Source: Deltaproteobacteria bacterium (GTDB lineage: Bacteria > Myxococcota_A > Polyangia > Fen-1088). From it: DNA of 64,000 nt. How positions within the stretch are numbered: position 1 is the first letter of the stretch; every line of letters starts with the position of its first letter. The DNA lies in NCBI GenBank assembly GCA_016935975.1, contig JAFGPX010000084.1, forward strand, positions 174 to 64,173, read 5' to 3'. The position numbers were made by a program, and so were the translations under genes. The notes under the pieces were generated by a model. That model made no database searches, was not told where the DNA came from, and saw only the letters and a program-made list of their open reading frames with translations. Of the stretch, positions 38,612 through 48,670 are shown piece by piece.

Positions 38612-39790
38612 ATGGCGTCTGCAAAGCTCGTTTTCGGACTCTCGGCTATTGCCACCACCCTCATGGCGCCCGGCCTGGCCATCGCCCAGACCTGCACGAG
38701 CGACGCGGACTGTGCCAAGGGCTTGAGCTGTCAGGAGGACCCGACCATTGCCACGGCGGCGGTCGTCTGTTCCATCGTTGACGGCGGCACTGTCTGCACC
38801 GAGGTGGTTGGACCGCAGCTTCCAGCCACGAAGAGCTGCCAAGCCGCGCCCTGCGCGAGCGACGCGGATTGCGGGCCCGACATGGTGTGCTTCAGCCAGA
38901 CCTACACAACGTGCACTGGCGGCACTCCGGAGACTGTCAGGTGCGAACCGGGCACCGAATGCCCCGACCCGCCCGTGCCCGATCCCGTGACCTGCGCGGA
39001 CACCACCGTCTCCTACTGCGCGTATCGCTGGGAGATGCCGTGCAACACCGACGCGGATTGCGGCGCTGGCTTCACCTGCAAGCCCAACGTGATTGGTGTG
39101 TGCTCGGGTTCGAGCGGAAGCGCCAGCGGCGGCACGGCCGAGGACTCGGTCGGCACGGGTGGCGCCAGTGGTTCGAGTGAGCCGCCGGCACCGCCTTCCG
39201 AGGGCATCGACGCCGGCGAAGCCCCGGTCATCACGTGTACGACCGTCGAGTCCTATCCCGGCTACTGCCAAGCCAATGCCGTCGCCTGCGCTGCGGATAG
39301 CGACTGCCCCTCGGGCTGGACCTGCGTCACGGTTCACAGCGGAACCGAGGTTTCCAGCACGCCTCCCGACGTGGAGACCGCGCCGTCTGGAGCAGGCGAA
39401 GCCACAAGCAAGCCAGAGCCCGTGCCCGTGCCGCCGCCCGTGGTGCTTGACGCTGGTGCGCTCTTCCCACCCGAGGAAACGACCCGGACTTGCCAGCCCC
39501 CTTCAAGCCACGGCCCGCTCTACGTCGGCACGGATCTCGGCGGCAGCGAAGGCGGTGGCACCACCGCAGTGAGGGCGGCCGACGCTGGGACTTCCCAAGG
39601 CAACGCCGTCCCGCCCACACCGACGCCCACGACCGCCGACATGCCCGGGAACACCCCCCAGACCACCGCCGCGACCACCTCGGGCGGCGGCGGCTGCACC
39701 GTGGCCGCGGGCGAGCTGTCGAGCGGGCCGGCCTGGCTGCTCTTCGCCGCCCTGGGCCTGCTTTTCGCACGCCGCAGGCGCAAGGGCTGA
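38612..39790 (+). CDS. Cys-rich surface protein with CxxDxDC repeats and MYXO-CTERM-like anchor
   Basis: Signal peptide; four CxxDxDC motifs; C-terminal GGGGC..AWLLFAALGLLFARRRRKG. Confidence 0.8.
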   Translation: MASAKLVFGLSAIATTLMAPGLAIAQTCTSDADCAKGLSCQEDPTIATAAVVCSIVDGGTVCTEVVGPQLPATKSCQAAPCASDADCGPDMVCFSQTYTTCTGGTPETVRCEPGTECPDPPVPDPVTCADTTVSYCAYRWEMPCNTDADCGAGFTCKPNVIGVCSGSSGSASGGTAEDSVGTGGASGSSEPPAPPSEGIDAGEAPVITCTTVESYPGYCQANAVACAADSDCPSGWTCVTVHSGTEVSSTPPDVETAPSGAGEATSKPEPVPVPPPVVLDAGALFPPEETTRTCQPPSSHGPLYVGTDLGGSEGGGTTAVRAADAGTSQGNAVPPTPTPTTADMPGNTPQTTAATTSGGGGCTVAAGELSSGPAWLLFAALGLLFARRRRKG

Positions 39791-39969
39791 TTCGAGGCCC
39801 CGAAGGTCCAGCCGTCGGCCGAGACGTCGAGACCGCCTGGCCGGACGAGCTGCTTGTCCACATGGACCCAGACCTGGGTATCGTCGGGCGGCGGCATCGG
39901 GGTCTCGAGGGCGCACGAGGCCGTCCCGGCGATGCGCTCCGCGCGCCAGCCACGCGGCCAAGATAGACC

Positions 39970-41964
39970 TCAGAACTCGATCTGCATGCCGATCTCGACC
40001 ACTCGGTTGGGCGGAATGGCGAAGAAGTCGGTGGCCGGGCGCGCGTTGCGGGACAGGAAGCGGAAGAGCTGCTTGCGCCAGGCGGCCATGCCGAGGCGGC
40101 CGGGCTTGGGGATAATGGTCTCGCGGCCGAGGTAGAAGCTGGTGTCTGCGGCTTTCGTTTCGAGGCCGTTGGCCCGGCAGCGCCGTAGGATATCGGTCAC
40201 GTCCGGGCTCTCCATGAACCCGTAGTGCGCGGTGACCCCCCAGAAGCCGAGGCCGAAGTCGCGCAGGCGGATCTTCTGCTCCTCGCGCACCGCGGGGACG
40301 GCGTCGGTGGTGATCGACAGGATCACGACCTTTTCGTGCAGAACCTTGTTGTGCTTGAAGTGGTGCAGAAGGACGGTGGGCGTCCCGCGCGGGGTCGACG
40401 CGAGAAAGACCGCAGTGCCCGCCACGCGATGGGGCTTGTTTGCCCCCACGTCGGCCACAAACGTGGTCAGCGGCAGCGTGCCGGCCGCCACCTTCTCGCC
40501 GAGGATCGTCCGGCCGCGATTCCACGTCACCATCACGCTGAACACACCCGCGGCCAGGGCCAGCGGCACCCAGCCGCCGGTGCTGATCTTCGCCACGCAC
40601 GAAACGAAAAAGGAGAGGTCGATGCACAGAAGCACCAGCAGCAAGGCCCCCGCGCGCAGCCAGCTCCAGCCCCAGCGCTGCCGGGCCACGAAGAAGAACA
40701 GGATCGAGGTGATGGTCATCGTGCCGGTCACGGCGACGCCGTAGGCTGCGGCCAGGTTGCTCGAGGCGCGAAAGCCGAGCACCAGGGCCACGCAGGCCAC
40801 CATGAGCAGACGGTTCACCTCGGGGATGTAGATCTGTCCCTCGGTGGTGCCCGAGGTGTGCACCACGGTCATGCGAGGCAAGTACCCCAGTTGGATGGCC
40901 TGGCGGGCGATCGAGAAGGCACCCGAAATGAGGGCCTGGGACGCGATGACGGTCGCCACGGTCGCCAGCGCCACCATGGGGTAGAGCCATCCCGAGGGTA
41001 CCAGGGCATAGAAGGTATTGCTGACCGCGGTCGGTCGTTCGAGCAGAAGCGCCCCCTGGCCGAAGTAGTTGAGCAGCAGGGCGGGCAAGACGCAGGCATA
41101 CCAGGCCAGACGGATGGCGCGGCGGCCGAAGTGACCCATGTCGGCGTAGAGCGCCTCGCAGCCGGTGATGCACAGGACGACGGATCCCAGCACGAAAAAC
41201 CCGTGCATACCGTGGTCGGCGAAGAAACGAACCGCGTGCACCGGGTTCACCGCGAAAAGGATCTCGGGATGCCGGACGATCCACGGCACGCCACAGGCGG
41301 CGATGGCCAGGAACCAGAGCAGCGTGACCGGGCCAAACACGGAGCCGATGCGGCCGGTGCCACGCTTCTGCACCCAGAAGAGACCGATCAAGATCGCACA
41401 AGTGAGCGGCACCACGATGGGTTGGAAAGCTCGCGTCGCCACGCCCAGCCCCTCGACCGCCGAGAGTACGGAGATGGCCGGAGTGATCACCCCCTCGCCC
41501 GTGAGCAGCGCCGCACCGAAGAGCCCCAGCATGACCAGGACGAAGCTCGTGCGCTTGACGTCGTGCCAGTTGTGGCGCCTGGGCTTGGCCTTCTCTTGCC
41601 GTTGCGCGCTTCTGGCCCGCCCCACGCGCGCGGCCAGGGCCATGAGCGCGAGCACCCCGCCCTCGCCGCGGTTGTCGGCGCGCATGACGAACAAGATGTA
41701 CTTGGCCGAGACGACGAGAACGATGGCCCAGAAGAACAGGGACAGAAGCCCGAGGATGTTCTGCACCTGGGGCACGACGCCATGAGGCAGTGTCACGCAT
41801 TCCTTGAGCGCGTAGAGCGGCGAGGTGCCGATGTCGCCGTAGACCACGCCCACCGCACCCAGGGCCAGCCTGCGAATGTCCGCGCCTTGCTGCGGGCTCG
41901 CCTTGGCGCTGTCCTGCCGCGCACTGGCCGCGCTGACGGTGGTGCTCGCCTTGCCTTCGCTCAT
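39970..41964 (-). CDS. kup: Potassium uptake transporter
   Basis: GVVYGDIGTSPLY, MRADNRGEGG, ITPAISVLSAVEG, TGCEALYADMGHF, LNYFGQGA, GQIYIP, FYLGRET. Confidence 0.96.
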   Translation of the reverse strand: MSEGKASTTVSAASARQDSAKASPQQGADIRRLALGAVGVVYGDIGTSPLYALKECVTLPHGVVPQVQNILGLLSLFFWAIVLVVSAKYILFVMRADNRGEGGVLALMALAARVGRARSAQRQEKAKPRRHNWHDVKRTSFVLVMLGLFGAALLTGEGVITPAISVLSAVEGLGVATRAFQPIVVPLTCAILIGLFWVQKRGTGRIGSVFGPVTLLWFLAIAACGVPWIVRHPEILFAVNPVHAVRFFADHGMHGFFVLGSVVLCITGCEALYADMGHFGRRAIRLAWYACVLPALLLNYFGQGALLLERPTAVSNTFYALVPSGWLYPMVALATVATVIASQALISGAFSIARQAIQLGYLPRMTVVHTSGTTEGQIYIPEVNRLLMVACVALVLGFRASSNLAAAYGVAVTGTMTITSILFFFVARQRWGWSWLRAGALLLVLLCIDLSFFVSCVAKISTGGWVPLALAAGVFSVMVTWNRGRTILGEKVAAGTLPLTTFVADVGANKPHRVAGTAVFLASTPRGTPTVLLHHFKHNKVLHEKVVILSITTDAVPAVREEQKIRLRDFGLGFWGVTAHYGFMESPDVTDILRRCRANGLETKAADTSFYLGRETIIPKPGRLGMAAWRKQLFRFLSRNARPATDFFAIPPNRVVEIGMQIEF

Positions 41965-42055
41965 GCGTTGCTTGCCCGCCCGCGGGGCGGCTTCGCGGCA
42001 TTATGCCAGAGGACGCGACTGCTGCTAGTCTTCCCGCGAAAAAGGAAGAAACACC

Positions 42056-42199
42056 GTGCCGCTCTACGAATACGTTTGTCGCAAGTGCTCCAGCCAGTTC
42101 GAGGAACTCGCCTTGGGAAAGGCCCGACCCGCCCGCCTGTCCTGCCACGCGAAGGATCTCGGACACCGCGGGTGCAACGGACCCGGATCCACGCGATGA
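42056..42199 (+). CDS. Short FmdB-family zinc-ribbon ORF, second Cys pair degenerate (possible pseudogene)
   Basis: Not in the ORF track: MPLYEYVCRKCSSQFEELALGKARPARLSCHAKDL...; RBS AAGGAAG; stop overlaps the UbiD start (ATGA). Confidence 0.7.
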   Translation: MPLYEYVCRKCSSQFEELALGKARPARLSCHAKDLGHRGCNGPGSTR

Positions 42200-44010
42200 C
42201 CCACACTTCCACCCGCGAGTGCGTTCTCGATCTCGCGCGAGCCGGCCACCTTCTGCGCATCGAAACCGAGGTCGATCCCGATCTGGAGATGGCCGAGATC
42301 CACCGCCGCGTCTTCCGCGCCGGCGGCCCGGCCCTCTACTTCGTGCGCGTGCGCGGCTGCCGGTTTCCCATGGCGAGCAACCTCTACGGCACCATGGAGC
42401 GGGCGCGCTTCATCTTCCGCGACACGCTAGAAGGCGTTCGGCGCCTCGTCGAACTCCGCGCCGATCTGGCGGCGCTATGGCGGAACCCTGCGCGCTACGC
42501 CTCCGTGCCCTGGACCTTGCTGCGCACCCGGCCACGCCGGGTGGCGGGGGGGCCCCTCTTCGCCAACCAGATCGCCGTCGGCGAGTTGCCCCAACTACGC
42601 TGCTGGCCCGAGGACGGCGGCGCGTTTGTCACCTTGCCCCAGGTCTACTCCGAGGATCCGCGGCGGCCCGGCCCCAGGTCTTCGAACCTCGGCATGTATC
42701 GCGTGCAACTGTCCGGGGGCGGCTACGAGAAGGATCGCGAGGTGGGGCTGCACTACCAGCTCCAGCGCGGCATCGGCGTGCACCACGAGGCCGCGCTGGC
42801 GCGCGGTGAGCCGCTCTTCGTCAATATCTACGTCGGCGGGCCTCCGGCCATGACCGTCGCGGCCATGATGCCCTTGCCCGAGGGCATGCCCGAACTGGCG
42901 CTGGCCGGCGCCCTCGGCGGCCGGCGCGTGCGCCTCGCGCGGCAGAAGGGCTGGCCCCTGCCCATCTGCCCGGACGCCGACTTCTGCATCCTGGGGGAGA
43001 TCCATCCCGGCGAGCTTCGACCCGAGGGCCCATTCGGGGATCACCTGGGCTACTACAGCCTGCGCCACGATTTTCCCTGCGTGCGCGTACGGCGCATCTA
43101 CCACCGCGGCGACGCGGTCTGGCCCTTCACCGTGGTCGGCCGGCCGCCGCAAGAAGACGGCGTCTTCGGCCAGCTCGTGCACGAGCTGACCGGCCCGCTG
43201 CTTCCGACCGTGCTGCCCGGCGTGCGCGCCGTCAACGCCGTGGACGCCGCCGGCGTGCATCCGCTGCTGCTCGCCGTGGGCAGCGAGCGCTATCAAGCCT
43301 TCGCCGAGCGTGCAGAGCCGCAGGAGCTGCTCACCCAGGCCAATGCCTTGCTCGGTCAGGGGCAACTGTCGCTGGCCAAGTACCTGTTCATCGTGGCCGA
43401 GAACGACGACGCGAATCTGCGACCGAGCGACGTTCCCGCCTTCTTCCGCCACTTGCTCGAACGCGTGGATTGGCGACGCGATCTGCACTTCCAGACCCGG
43501 ACCACGATCGACACGCTCGACTACTCGGGGCCGGAACTGAACCAGGGCTCCAAGCTGGTGGTGGCGGCCGTCGGGGCAAAGAAACGCGAGCTGCCGACCC
43601 TGTTGCCGGCCGACCTGCGCTTGCCCGTGGGTTTCTCCGATCCGCGCGTGGTCCTGCCCGGCATCCTCGCCGTTCGCGCGACCAAGGACGCGCCGGCATT
43701 CTGCGCGGGCTTCTGGGCCACGGATTCGCTTTGCGCCTTCCCGCTCGTGGTTCTGGTCGACGACAGCGAATTCGCCGCGCGCAGCCTCGACAATTTCCTG
43801 TGGGTGACGTTCACGCGCTCGAATCCCGCCGTGGACGTCGACGGCATTGCCGCGGCCACGCGGGACAAGCACTGGGGCTGCGCCGGCTCTCTCGTCATCG
43901 ACGCGCGCACCAAGCCCCACCACGCCCCTCCCCTCGTCGAAGATCCGGCCATCACCGCCCGCGTGGACACGCTCTTTGCCCGAGGTGGGCCGCTGGCAGG
44001 ACTGGAATGA
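42196..44010 (+). CDS. UbiD family (prFMN-dependent) decarboxylase
   Basis: EVDPDLE, NLYGT.ER, WPEDGG.FVTLP, NLGMYRVQ, EGPFGDHLGYY, DTLDYS, LVIDARTK. Confidence 0.92.
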   Translation: MTHTSTRECVLDLARAGHLLRIETEVDPDLEMAEIHRRVFRAGGPALYFVRVRGCRFPMASNLYGTMERARFIFRDTLEGVRRLVELRADLAALWRNPARYASVPWTLLRTRPRRVAGGPLFANQIAVGELPQLRCWPEDGGAFVTLPQVYSEDPRRPGPRSSNLGMYRVQLSGGGYEKDREVGLHYQLQRGIGVHHEAALARGEPLFVNIYVGGPPAMTVAAMMPLPEGMPELALAGALGGRRVRLARQKGWPLPICPDADFCILGEIHPGELRPEGPFGDHLGYYSLRHDFPCVRVRRIYHRGDAVWPFTVVGRPPQEDGVFGQLVHELTGPLLPTVLPGVRAVNAVDAAGVHPLLLAVGSERYQAFAERAEPQELLTQANALLGQGQLSLAKYLFIVAENDDANLRPSDVPAFFRHLLERVDWRRDLHFQTRTTIDTLDYSGPELNQGSKLVVAAVGAKKRELPTLLPADLRLPVGFSDPRVVLPGILAVRATKDAPAFCAGFWATDSLCAFPLVVLVDDSEFAARSLDNFLWVTFTRSNPAVDVDGIAAATRDKHWGCAGSLVIDARTKPHHAPPLVEDPAITARVDTLFARGGPLAGLE

Positions 44011-44146
44011 CGGGGAGAAACGGAGCGACCGGGACCCAAGTGGCTTCGCTGCCTCCCCAACCTTGCCCTTGGTTTTCCGATCCGCCGTTCCTCCCCGTTT
44101 GGCATTCCGATTGCCCCGGCGAGCGCGTGTTGTCTATGCTGCTCGC

Positions 44147-45199
44147 ATGCGCTCCTTGAGCCGCCTTCTCGCGCTAGCCGTGCTCGGCGCAGTGGTGCTG
44201 CTCGCGTTGCTGGGAGTCGCCGCACCGTGGTCGCCCTCGGGGTGGTTCGCGCTGGGAACGCTGACGGTTGCTGCCGTGGCGCTGTTCATCAAGGAACGCC
44301 GGCCGCGGCGCGGGTTGGGCCTGGCTGCGCTTGTGCTGCTGGCCGTGCTGCTCGTGGTGCGCATCGTCGGCGCGGGCGATGGAATGATCGCGATGCGCAC
44401 GTTGCCGGCCGGCGCTTCGGCGCGCTGGCTGGGGCGTCTGCTGGACGAACAGGATCTCGCCTTGGCGGGGGCGCGCCTCGTGGCGATGCGATGGCAGTTG
44501 CCTCCCGGCGAACGAGAGCGTCTTGTCCCCGCCATGCACGCGGCGTATGTGGCGATGCGACGGGACGACGTCTTCTTTCCCTCGCCGGTGCTCGACACCT
44601 TCCTAGGCCGCCAGACGGCGGGCGCCTTCGATGCCCTGGTCATCGAGCCGCGCGCCGAGCCCAAGCCCTCCGTGCCCATGAAGTTCGCCGTGATCTTTCT
44701 GCACGGCTACGCGGGCAACTTCACCCTCGAATGCTGGCTTCTGGCGCGGGCCGCGAGAGAGATCGGCGCGCTCACGGTCTGCCCGGCAACGGACTTTCGC
44801 GGACAGTGGCGGGGCGATGCCGGCGAGCGCATTCTGCGCGCTACTCTCGACTACTTGCACGGCCGCAACATCAAACGCGTGTTCCTCGCCGGCCTGTCGA
44901 ACGGGGCCGTCGGCGCCGCTGCGCTCGCGCCACGCTTCGCCTCGCTGCTGCAGGGGTCGATTCTCATTTCCGGTGCGCCGGCCGCGGGCGCCAATGCGGG
45001 CCTGCCCACGCTGGTGGTGCATGGCGAGCATGACACCGTGGCGCCGGCCGCGGCAGCCCGCGCCTTCGCCGAACGCAATCGCGCCACCTACGCCGGCTTC
45101 CCCGGTGGCCACTTCGTGCTCCTGACCCAGCGCCGCGAAATCCAACGAACCATCGTGGATTGGCTGACGCGCCAGGCGGGCTACCGCGTGCGGCCTTGA
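44147..45199 (+). CDS. Membrane-anchored alpha/beta hydrolase
   Basis: Three N-terminal TM segments, IFLHGYAG, LAGLSNGA (GxSxG), HGEHD, GGHF. Confidence 0.8.
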   Translation: MRSLSRLLALAVLGAVVLLALLGVAAPWSPSGWFALGTLTVAAVALFIKERRPRRGLGLAALVLLAVLLVVRIVGAGDGMIAMRTLPAGASARWLGRLLDEQDLALAGARLVAMRWQLPPGERERLVPAMHAAYVAMRRDDVFFPSPVLDTFLGRQTAGAFDALVIEPRAEPKPSVPMKFAVIFLHGYAGNFTLECWLLARAAREIGALTVCPATDFRGQWRGDAGERILRATLDYLHGRNIKRVFLAGLSNGAVGAAALAPRFASLLQGSILISGAPAAGANAGLPTLVVHGEHDTVAPAAAARAFAERNRATYAGFPGGHFVLLTQRREIQRTIVDWLTRQAGYRVRP

Positions 45200-45367
45200 T
45201 AGGCACCGTTGTCGCAGACGCTCGCTCGGGATGGCGAGCACGGCGTCGAGATCGAGACGTCGGTGTCGTCGTCGGCCATGGGACGATCGAACGACAGCGC
45301 GGACTCGGCGACGTCCTAGCGCGCATTCTTCACCACGATTGAGACCAGCGGCCGGGCGGCCGGCCGC

Positions 45368-45934
45368 CTATGGGAAGGAACAGGCGAAGGGATCGCCGCA
45401 CCCATACGTGGTCGAGCACGAGACCAGGCTGGCAAGGCACGTCGCACATGCGAAGTTGTTCGAGGCGTAGTTGAGCGCGCAATCGTTCTGGTAGTTGGTG
45501 CCGTTGGCATCGCACGGACTGGCGAGCATGCAGTTGGCGTACGCCTGGCACACGCCGCCGGCCGCGGACGAGACGCCGTCCGAGTAGTAGCAGGCCACGA
45601 GCTTCGCGTTGCAGTTCGCTTGCAGGCAGCTCGCGAAGCCGGCCGGCGCCACGCAGGTGCCGCCCGTGGAGGAGATGCACATGGCGGTCGTCAGATCGCG
45701 CGCGCCGCCGGGCACGACGATGCTGCCGGCCCCCGAGGCGCCGCCGGCCCCACCGCCGGCGCCGCCCGCCGCTGGCACCGCGTTCCCGCCCTGGCCGCCG
45801 GCCGCGCCGCCAGGCCCAGGTGCCACGTCTCCCGGGCCGGCGTCGTTCCACACCGACATGAGGACGCTGGAATCGCCGTCGCAACTGGCCAACGACAGCA
45901 GCACGATCATCGAACCGATGGCTGGAAACCGCAT
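45368..45934 (-). CDS. Small Cys-rich lipoprotein
   Basis: RBS GAGGAG, lipobox LASC, short Gly linker, domain with many Cys. Confidence 0.72.
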   Translation of the reverse strand: MRFPAIGSMIVLLSLASCDGDSSVLMSVWNDAGPGDVAPGPGGAAGGQGGNAVPAAGGAGGGAGGASGAGSIVVPGGARDLTTAMCISSTGGTCVAPAGFASCLQANCNAKLVACYYSDGVSSAAGGVCQAYANCMLASPCDANGTNYQNDCALNYASNNFACATCLASLVSCSTTYGCGDPFACSFP

Positions 45935-45967
45935 TTTGCTCCTCAGGCCGCAAGCGCCCTTCTTTCG

Positions 45968-45996
45968 AGTCTGCGCACCGTCGAGAATTCTGTCAA
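45968..45996 (-). promoter_or_regulatory. Putative sigma70 promoter TTGACA-N17-CAGACT
   Basis: Consensus -35 with 17-nt spacer upstream of ATG 45934. Confidence 0.45.
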
Positions 45997-46048
45997 ACCG
46001 CGTGCAGGCACGCCGGCCCGAAGTCGTGATGCCGATCCCATCGCCAAG

Positions 46049-48397
46049 TCAAGAGCCAGTGGTGACTTGCGCGCCCGGCCGCAGATCCGAGGTGGGTTCG
46101 AGCACCACGTTGTCGCCCGGATCCAACCCCTGGATCACGATCGCCTCGGCCGCGTTGTGCTCGGCCGCGGTCACGGGACGCGCCTCGATGCGCCCGAGCG
46201 GCGAAACCACCAACACCTGCTGCCGGCGGCCCACGCTCTCGAGGGCGGAGGCCGGCAAGACCACGGCGCCATCGAACCGCGCCCGCGCCAGCCGCGCCGG
46301 GCGACCGAGCAGCGTCGAGGGCAAGGCGGCAATCTCCACGCTGACGTGGGTGTCGTCGTCGCGCCCTTGCCCCCGCGTGCAGGGGAACACATAGCCTTCT
46401 ACCCCGACCTGGCAGAAACCGAGCCGGCGTGCCGCCGCGGCCTGGGCCCGCGGCAGCTCGAAGGTGGCCCGATGGCCGGCCGAGCGCAGACGCAGGGCCA
46501 GGCTGCCGGCCTCCACGGTGTCGCCGACGCGCGCGAAGGTGTCTTCCACCTCGCCGGCCGTGCTCGCCACCACCGCGACCCGGCTCAGGGCGACCAGGGT
46601 CTTGGCGATCTTCGCCTTCCTGGACTCGACATTGGCTGCTTGTCGCTCTTCCTCGGCCGTGTTGCCGACCTGCCGCATGGCCTCCAGCATCTGCTGATAG
46701 AAGGCCAGACGTTCGCGCTGCTGGGCCAGCCGGTTCTGCAGAGGGCGCGCGGCCTCCACCGCCGCCAGAACGTCCCCGGCAACCACCGAGCTGCCGGCCG
46801 CTGCAACACGCGTGACCACTCCGGGCGCCGGGAACTTCATGACCGCGCCAGGCAACGCAGACACGACGGCAGCACCGGAGAAGTAGCGAAGCACGGTTCC
46901 AGGCGCGGCCGCCAGGGTGCGCACCTCGGGGCGAGACGCGGCACGAGTCTGGAAGAAGAAGGGCACGACGATGGCGAGCACCGCCGCGGCCGCCAGCACG
47001 CCGAGCGAGCCGAACACCAGCAGCGAGCGCCGCTGCCGCCTGCGCGCCGCCGCCTGCTGCGCGGCCGGTAGGGGCGGCAAGGGGGCCGGCGGCGGTGTCA
47101 CGACCAGAGGGGCCAGCGGCCGAACGACCGGGGTTGCCGACGGCGGCGGCGAAGGCTCGATGGGCCGTGGCGGAGGGGTGGGCAGCACCGGAAAGGCCGT
47201 GGAATCGAGGGGTCTTGGTGCGGCCGGTGCCGCTTGGGCTGGCGCGCCCACCTCCTCGGGGGCGACGCGCTCCTCTGGCAGCGCCTCCGGCGCGGATGCC
47301 GTTTCTACACGCGCGGACGCCGCAGGTGCGGGCGGCTCCGCGGGCGCTACCGCTGCGATCCCGGGCCCTTCGTCGCCCCGAGCCGTCGGCGCGGCGCCAT
47401 TCTCGCCCCCTTCCTCCGGCGACCGAGCCGCTTCGCCCATGGGCCCTGGCGGCGACGGCGAGTCCTCGCGCGCCGCCACGGCCGGCCCAACCCCCTCGCC
47501 CGCCGCTGCCGGTGGCGAGGGGATCTCCTCGACGGATTGCGCCAAAGAGGCTGCTGCCTCGCCACGTTCGGCTGGCGACGAGGCGATCGCTTCGGGCTCT
47601 TGCGCGGTCGGCGTGAGCGGTTGCTCGGGCTCGGCCTCGGGCAATGCGGCGTCTTCCTCGACGGCCACCGGCGCCGGAGCCGCTTCTTCGGCAACCGTCG
47701 GCACAGAAGCCCATTCCTCGGCAACTGCCGCCCCGGGATCGGATTCCTCGACGCCGGCCGCCGCGGGAGCCGCTTCTTCGACAGCCGGCTCCTGCGGTGC
47801 CGGGACGCCGCCGGGCACCTCGACGACCGCGGGCGCCGCCGTCTCGGCAACTGCCGGTTGCGGCGCCGGAGACTTGTCGCGCGCCGGTGCCGGCGCGGGC
47901 GCGGATTCCTCGGGCACGGCCGCTGCCTCGGGCATGTCTTCCCGAGGGATCTCCTCAAATGGCGGAACCACCTCCGCGAGCGCTCGGGCGGGCCCCGGCC
48001 CGGGCTTCGCCGTGACCGCCGGCGCAGCGGGAGCGGCCGGCCGACTCGCTTCGAGAATCTCCGCGCCTGCCTCGCGTTGCAAAGCCGCGCCCTCGACGGC
48101 CCCACCCTCGACGCGTGCACCGGCCACTGCGGGTTCGAGAAACCCCAGCTCGTGCAGGCGGGCCGCGAATCCCCGCAACTCGTCTTCCTTCGGTTCCACT
48201 CCGCCGGCGAGCTTGAGCCACGCGGCGACCTGCCCGTAGTCCAGACCATCGAAGGCGAGGGCAACGCGGTATTCGAAGTCGTAGAAACGGAAACTTGCGC
48301 CCGTGGCCGGATCGCGAACATCGACACACCTTTGCCCATCGGCCTCAAGCGGCACGGCCTCGAGGTCGCGACGAAAGCGCGGTCGCTGAAGCGGCAT
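46049..48397 (-). CDS. Membrane-fusion (periplasmic adaptor)-like protein with N-terminal PqqD/RRE-like domain and long acidic linker
   Basis: N-terminal PRFRRDL..VRDPATGASFRFYDFEY..FAARLHELGFLE; Pro/Ala/Glu linker; TM; FPAPGVV..GSSVVAGDVL, coiled hairpin, VVLPASAL, IQGLDPGDNVV. Confidence 0.7.
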   Translation of the reverse strand: MPLQRPRFRRDLEAVPLEADGQRCVDVRDPATGASFRFYDFEYRVALAFDGLDYGQVAAWLKLAGGVEPKEDELRGFAARLHELGFLEPAVAGARVEGGAVEGAALQREAGAEILEASRPAAPAAPAVTAKPGPGPARALAEVVPPFEEIPREDMPEAAAVPEESAPAPAPARDKSPAPQPAVAETAAPAVVEVPGGVPAPQEPAVEEAAPAAAGVEESDPGAAVAEEWASVPTVAEEAAPAPVAVEEDAALPEAEPEQPLTPTAQEPEAIASSPAERGEAAASLAQSVEEIPSPPAAAGEGVGPAVAAREDSPSPPGPMGEAARSPEEGGENGAAPTARGDEGPGIAAVAPAEPPAPAASARVETASAPEALPEERVAPEEVGAPAQAAPAAPRPLDSTAFPVLPTPPPRPIEPSPPPSATPVVRPLAPLVVTPPPAPLPPLPAAQQAAARRRQRRSLLVFGSLGVLAAAAVLAIVVPFFFQTRAASRPEVRTLAAAPGTVLRYFSGAAVVSALPGAVMKFPAPGVVTRVAAAGSSVVAGDVLAAVEAARPLQNRLAQQRERLAFYQQMLEAMRQVGNTAEEERQAANVESRKAKIAKTLVALSRVAVVASTAGEVEDTFARVGDTVEAGSLALRLRSAGHRATFELPRAQAAAARRLGFCQVGVEGYVFPCTRGQGRDDDTHVSVEIAALPSTLLGRPARLARARFDGAVVLPASALESVGRRQQVLVVSPLGRIEARPVTAAEHNAAEAIVIQGLDPGDNVVLEPTSDLRPGAQVTTGS

Positions 48398-48670
48398 GGA
48401 TCGATCCTTACAGCGCGGCCCGCCCGCCAACAAGGCCAAGCTGCGACGCGTCGGCGCCATCCTTGCGTCTGGATTGTCGAAGCCCGCGCTGTGGTGAGCC
48501 GTCCGGCAGTCGCTCGTCGTGCAGACGGTTCGTGGCGCTGGCCCCAACGCCACTCGTTCAGGAAACATCCAGAGGAGAAACAGAGCCGCAAGGCCTGGGT
48601 ATTCCGGTACCCCTAGCCATCTCCGTTCTCCGTTCCTGCTTGTCTTTCCCTTGCGCGACCGGCATTGGGG

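Noticed and set aside
40225-42195. Apparent 657-aa N-terminal extension of UbiD (1261-aa ORF)
   Set aside because: It is the antisense of kup; UbiD similarity begins at ATG 42196
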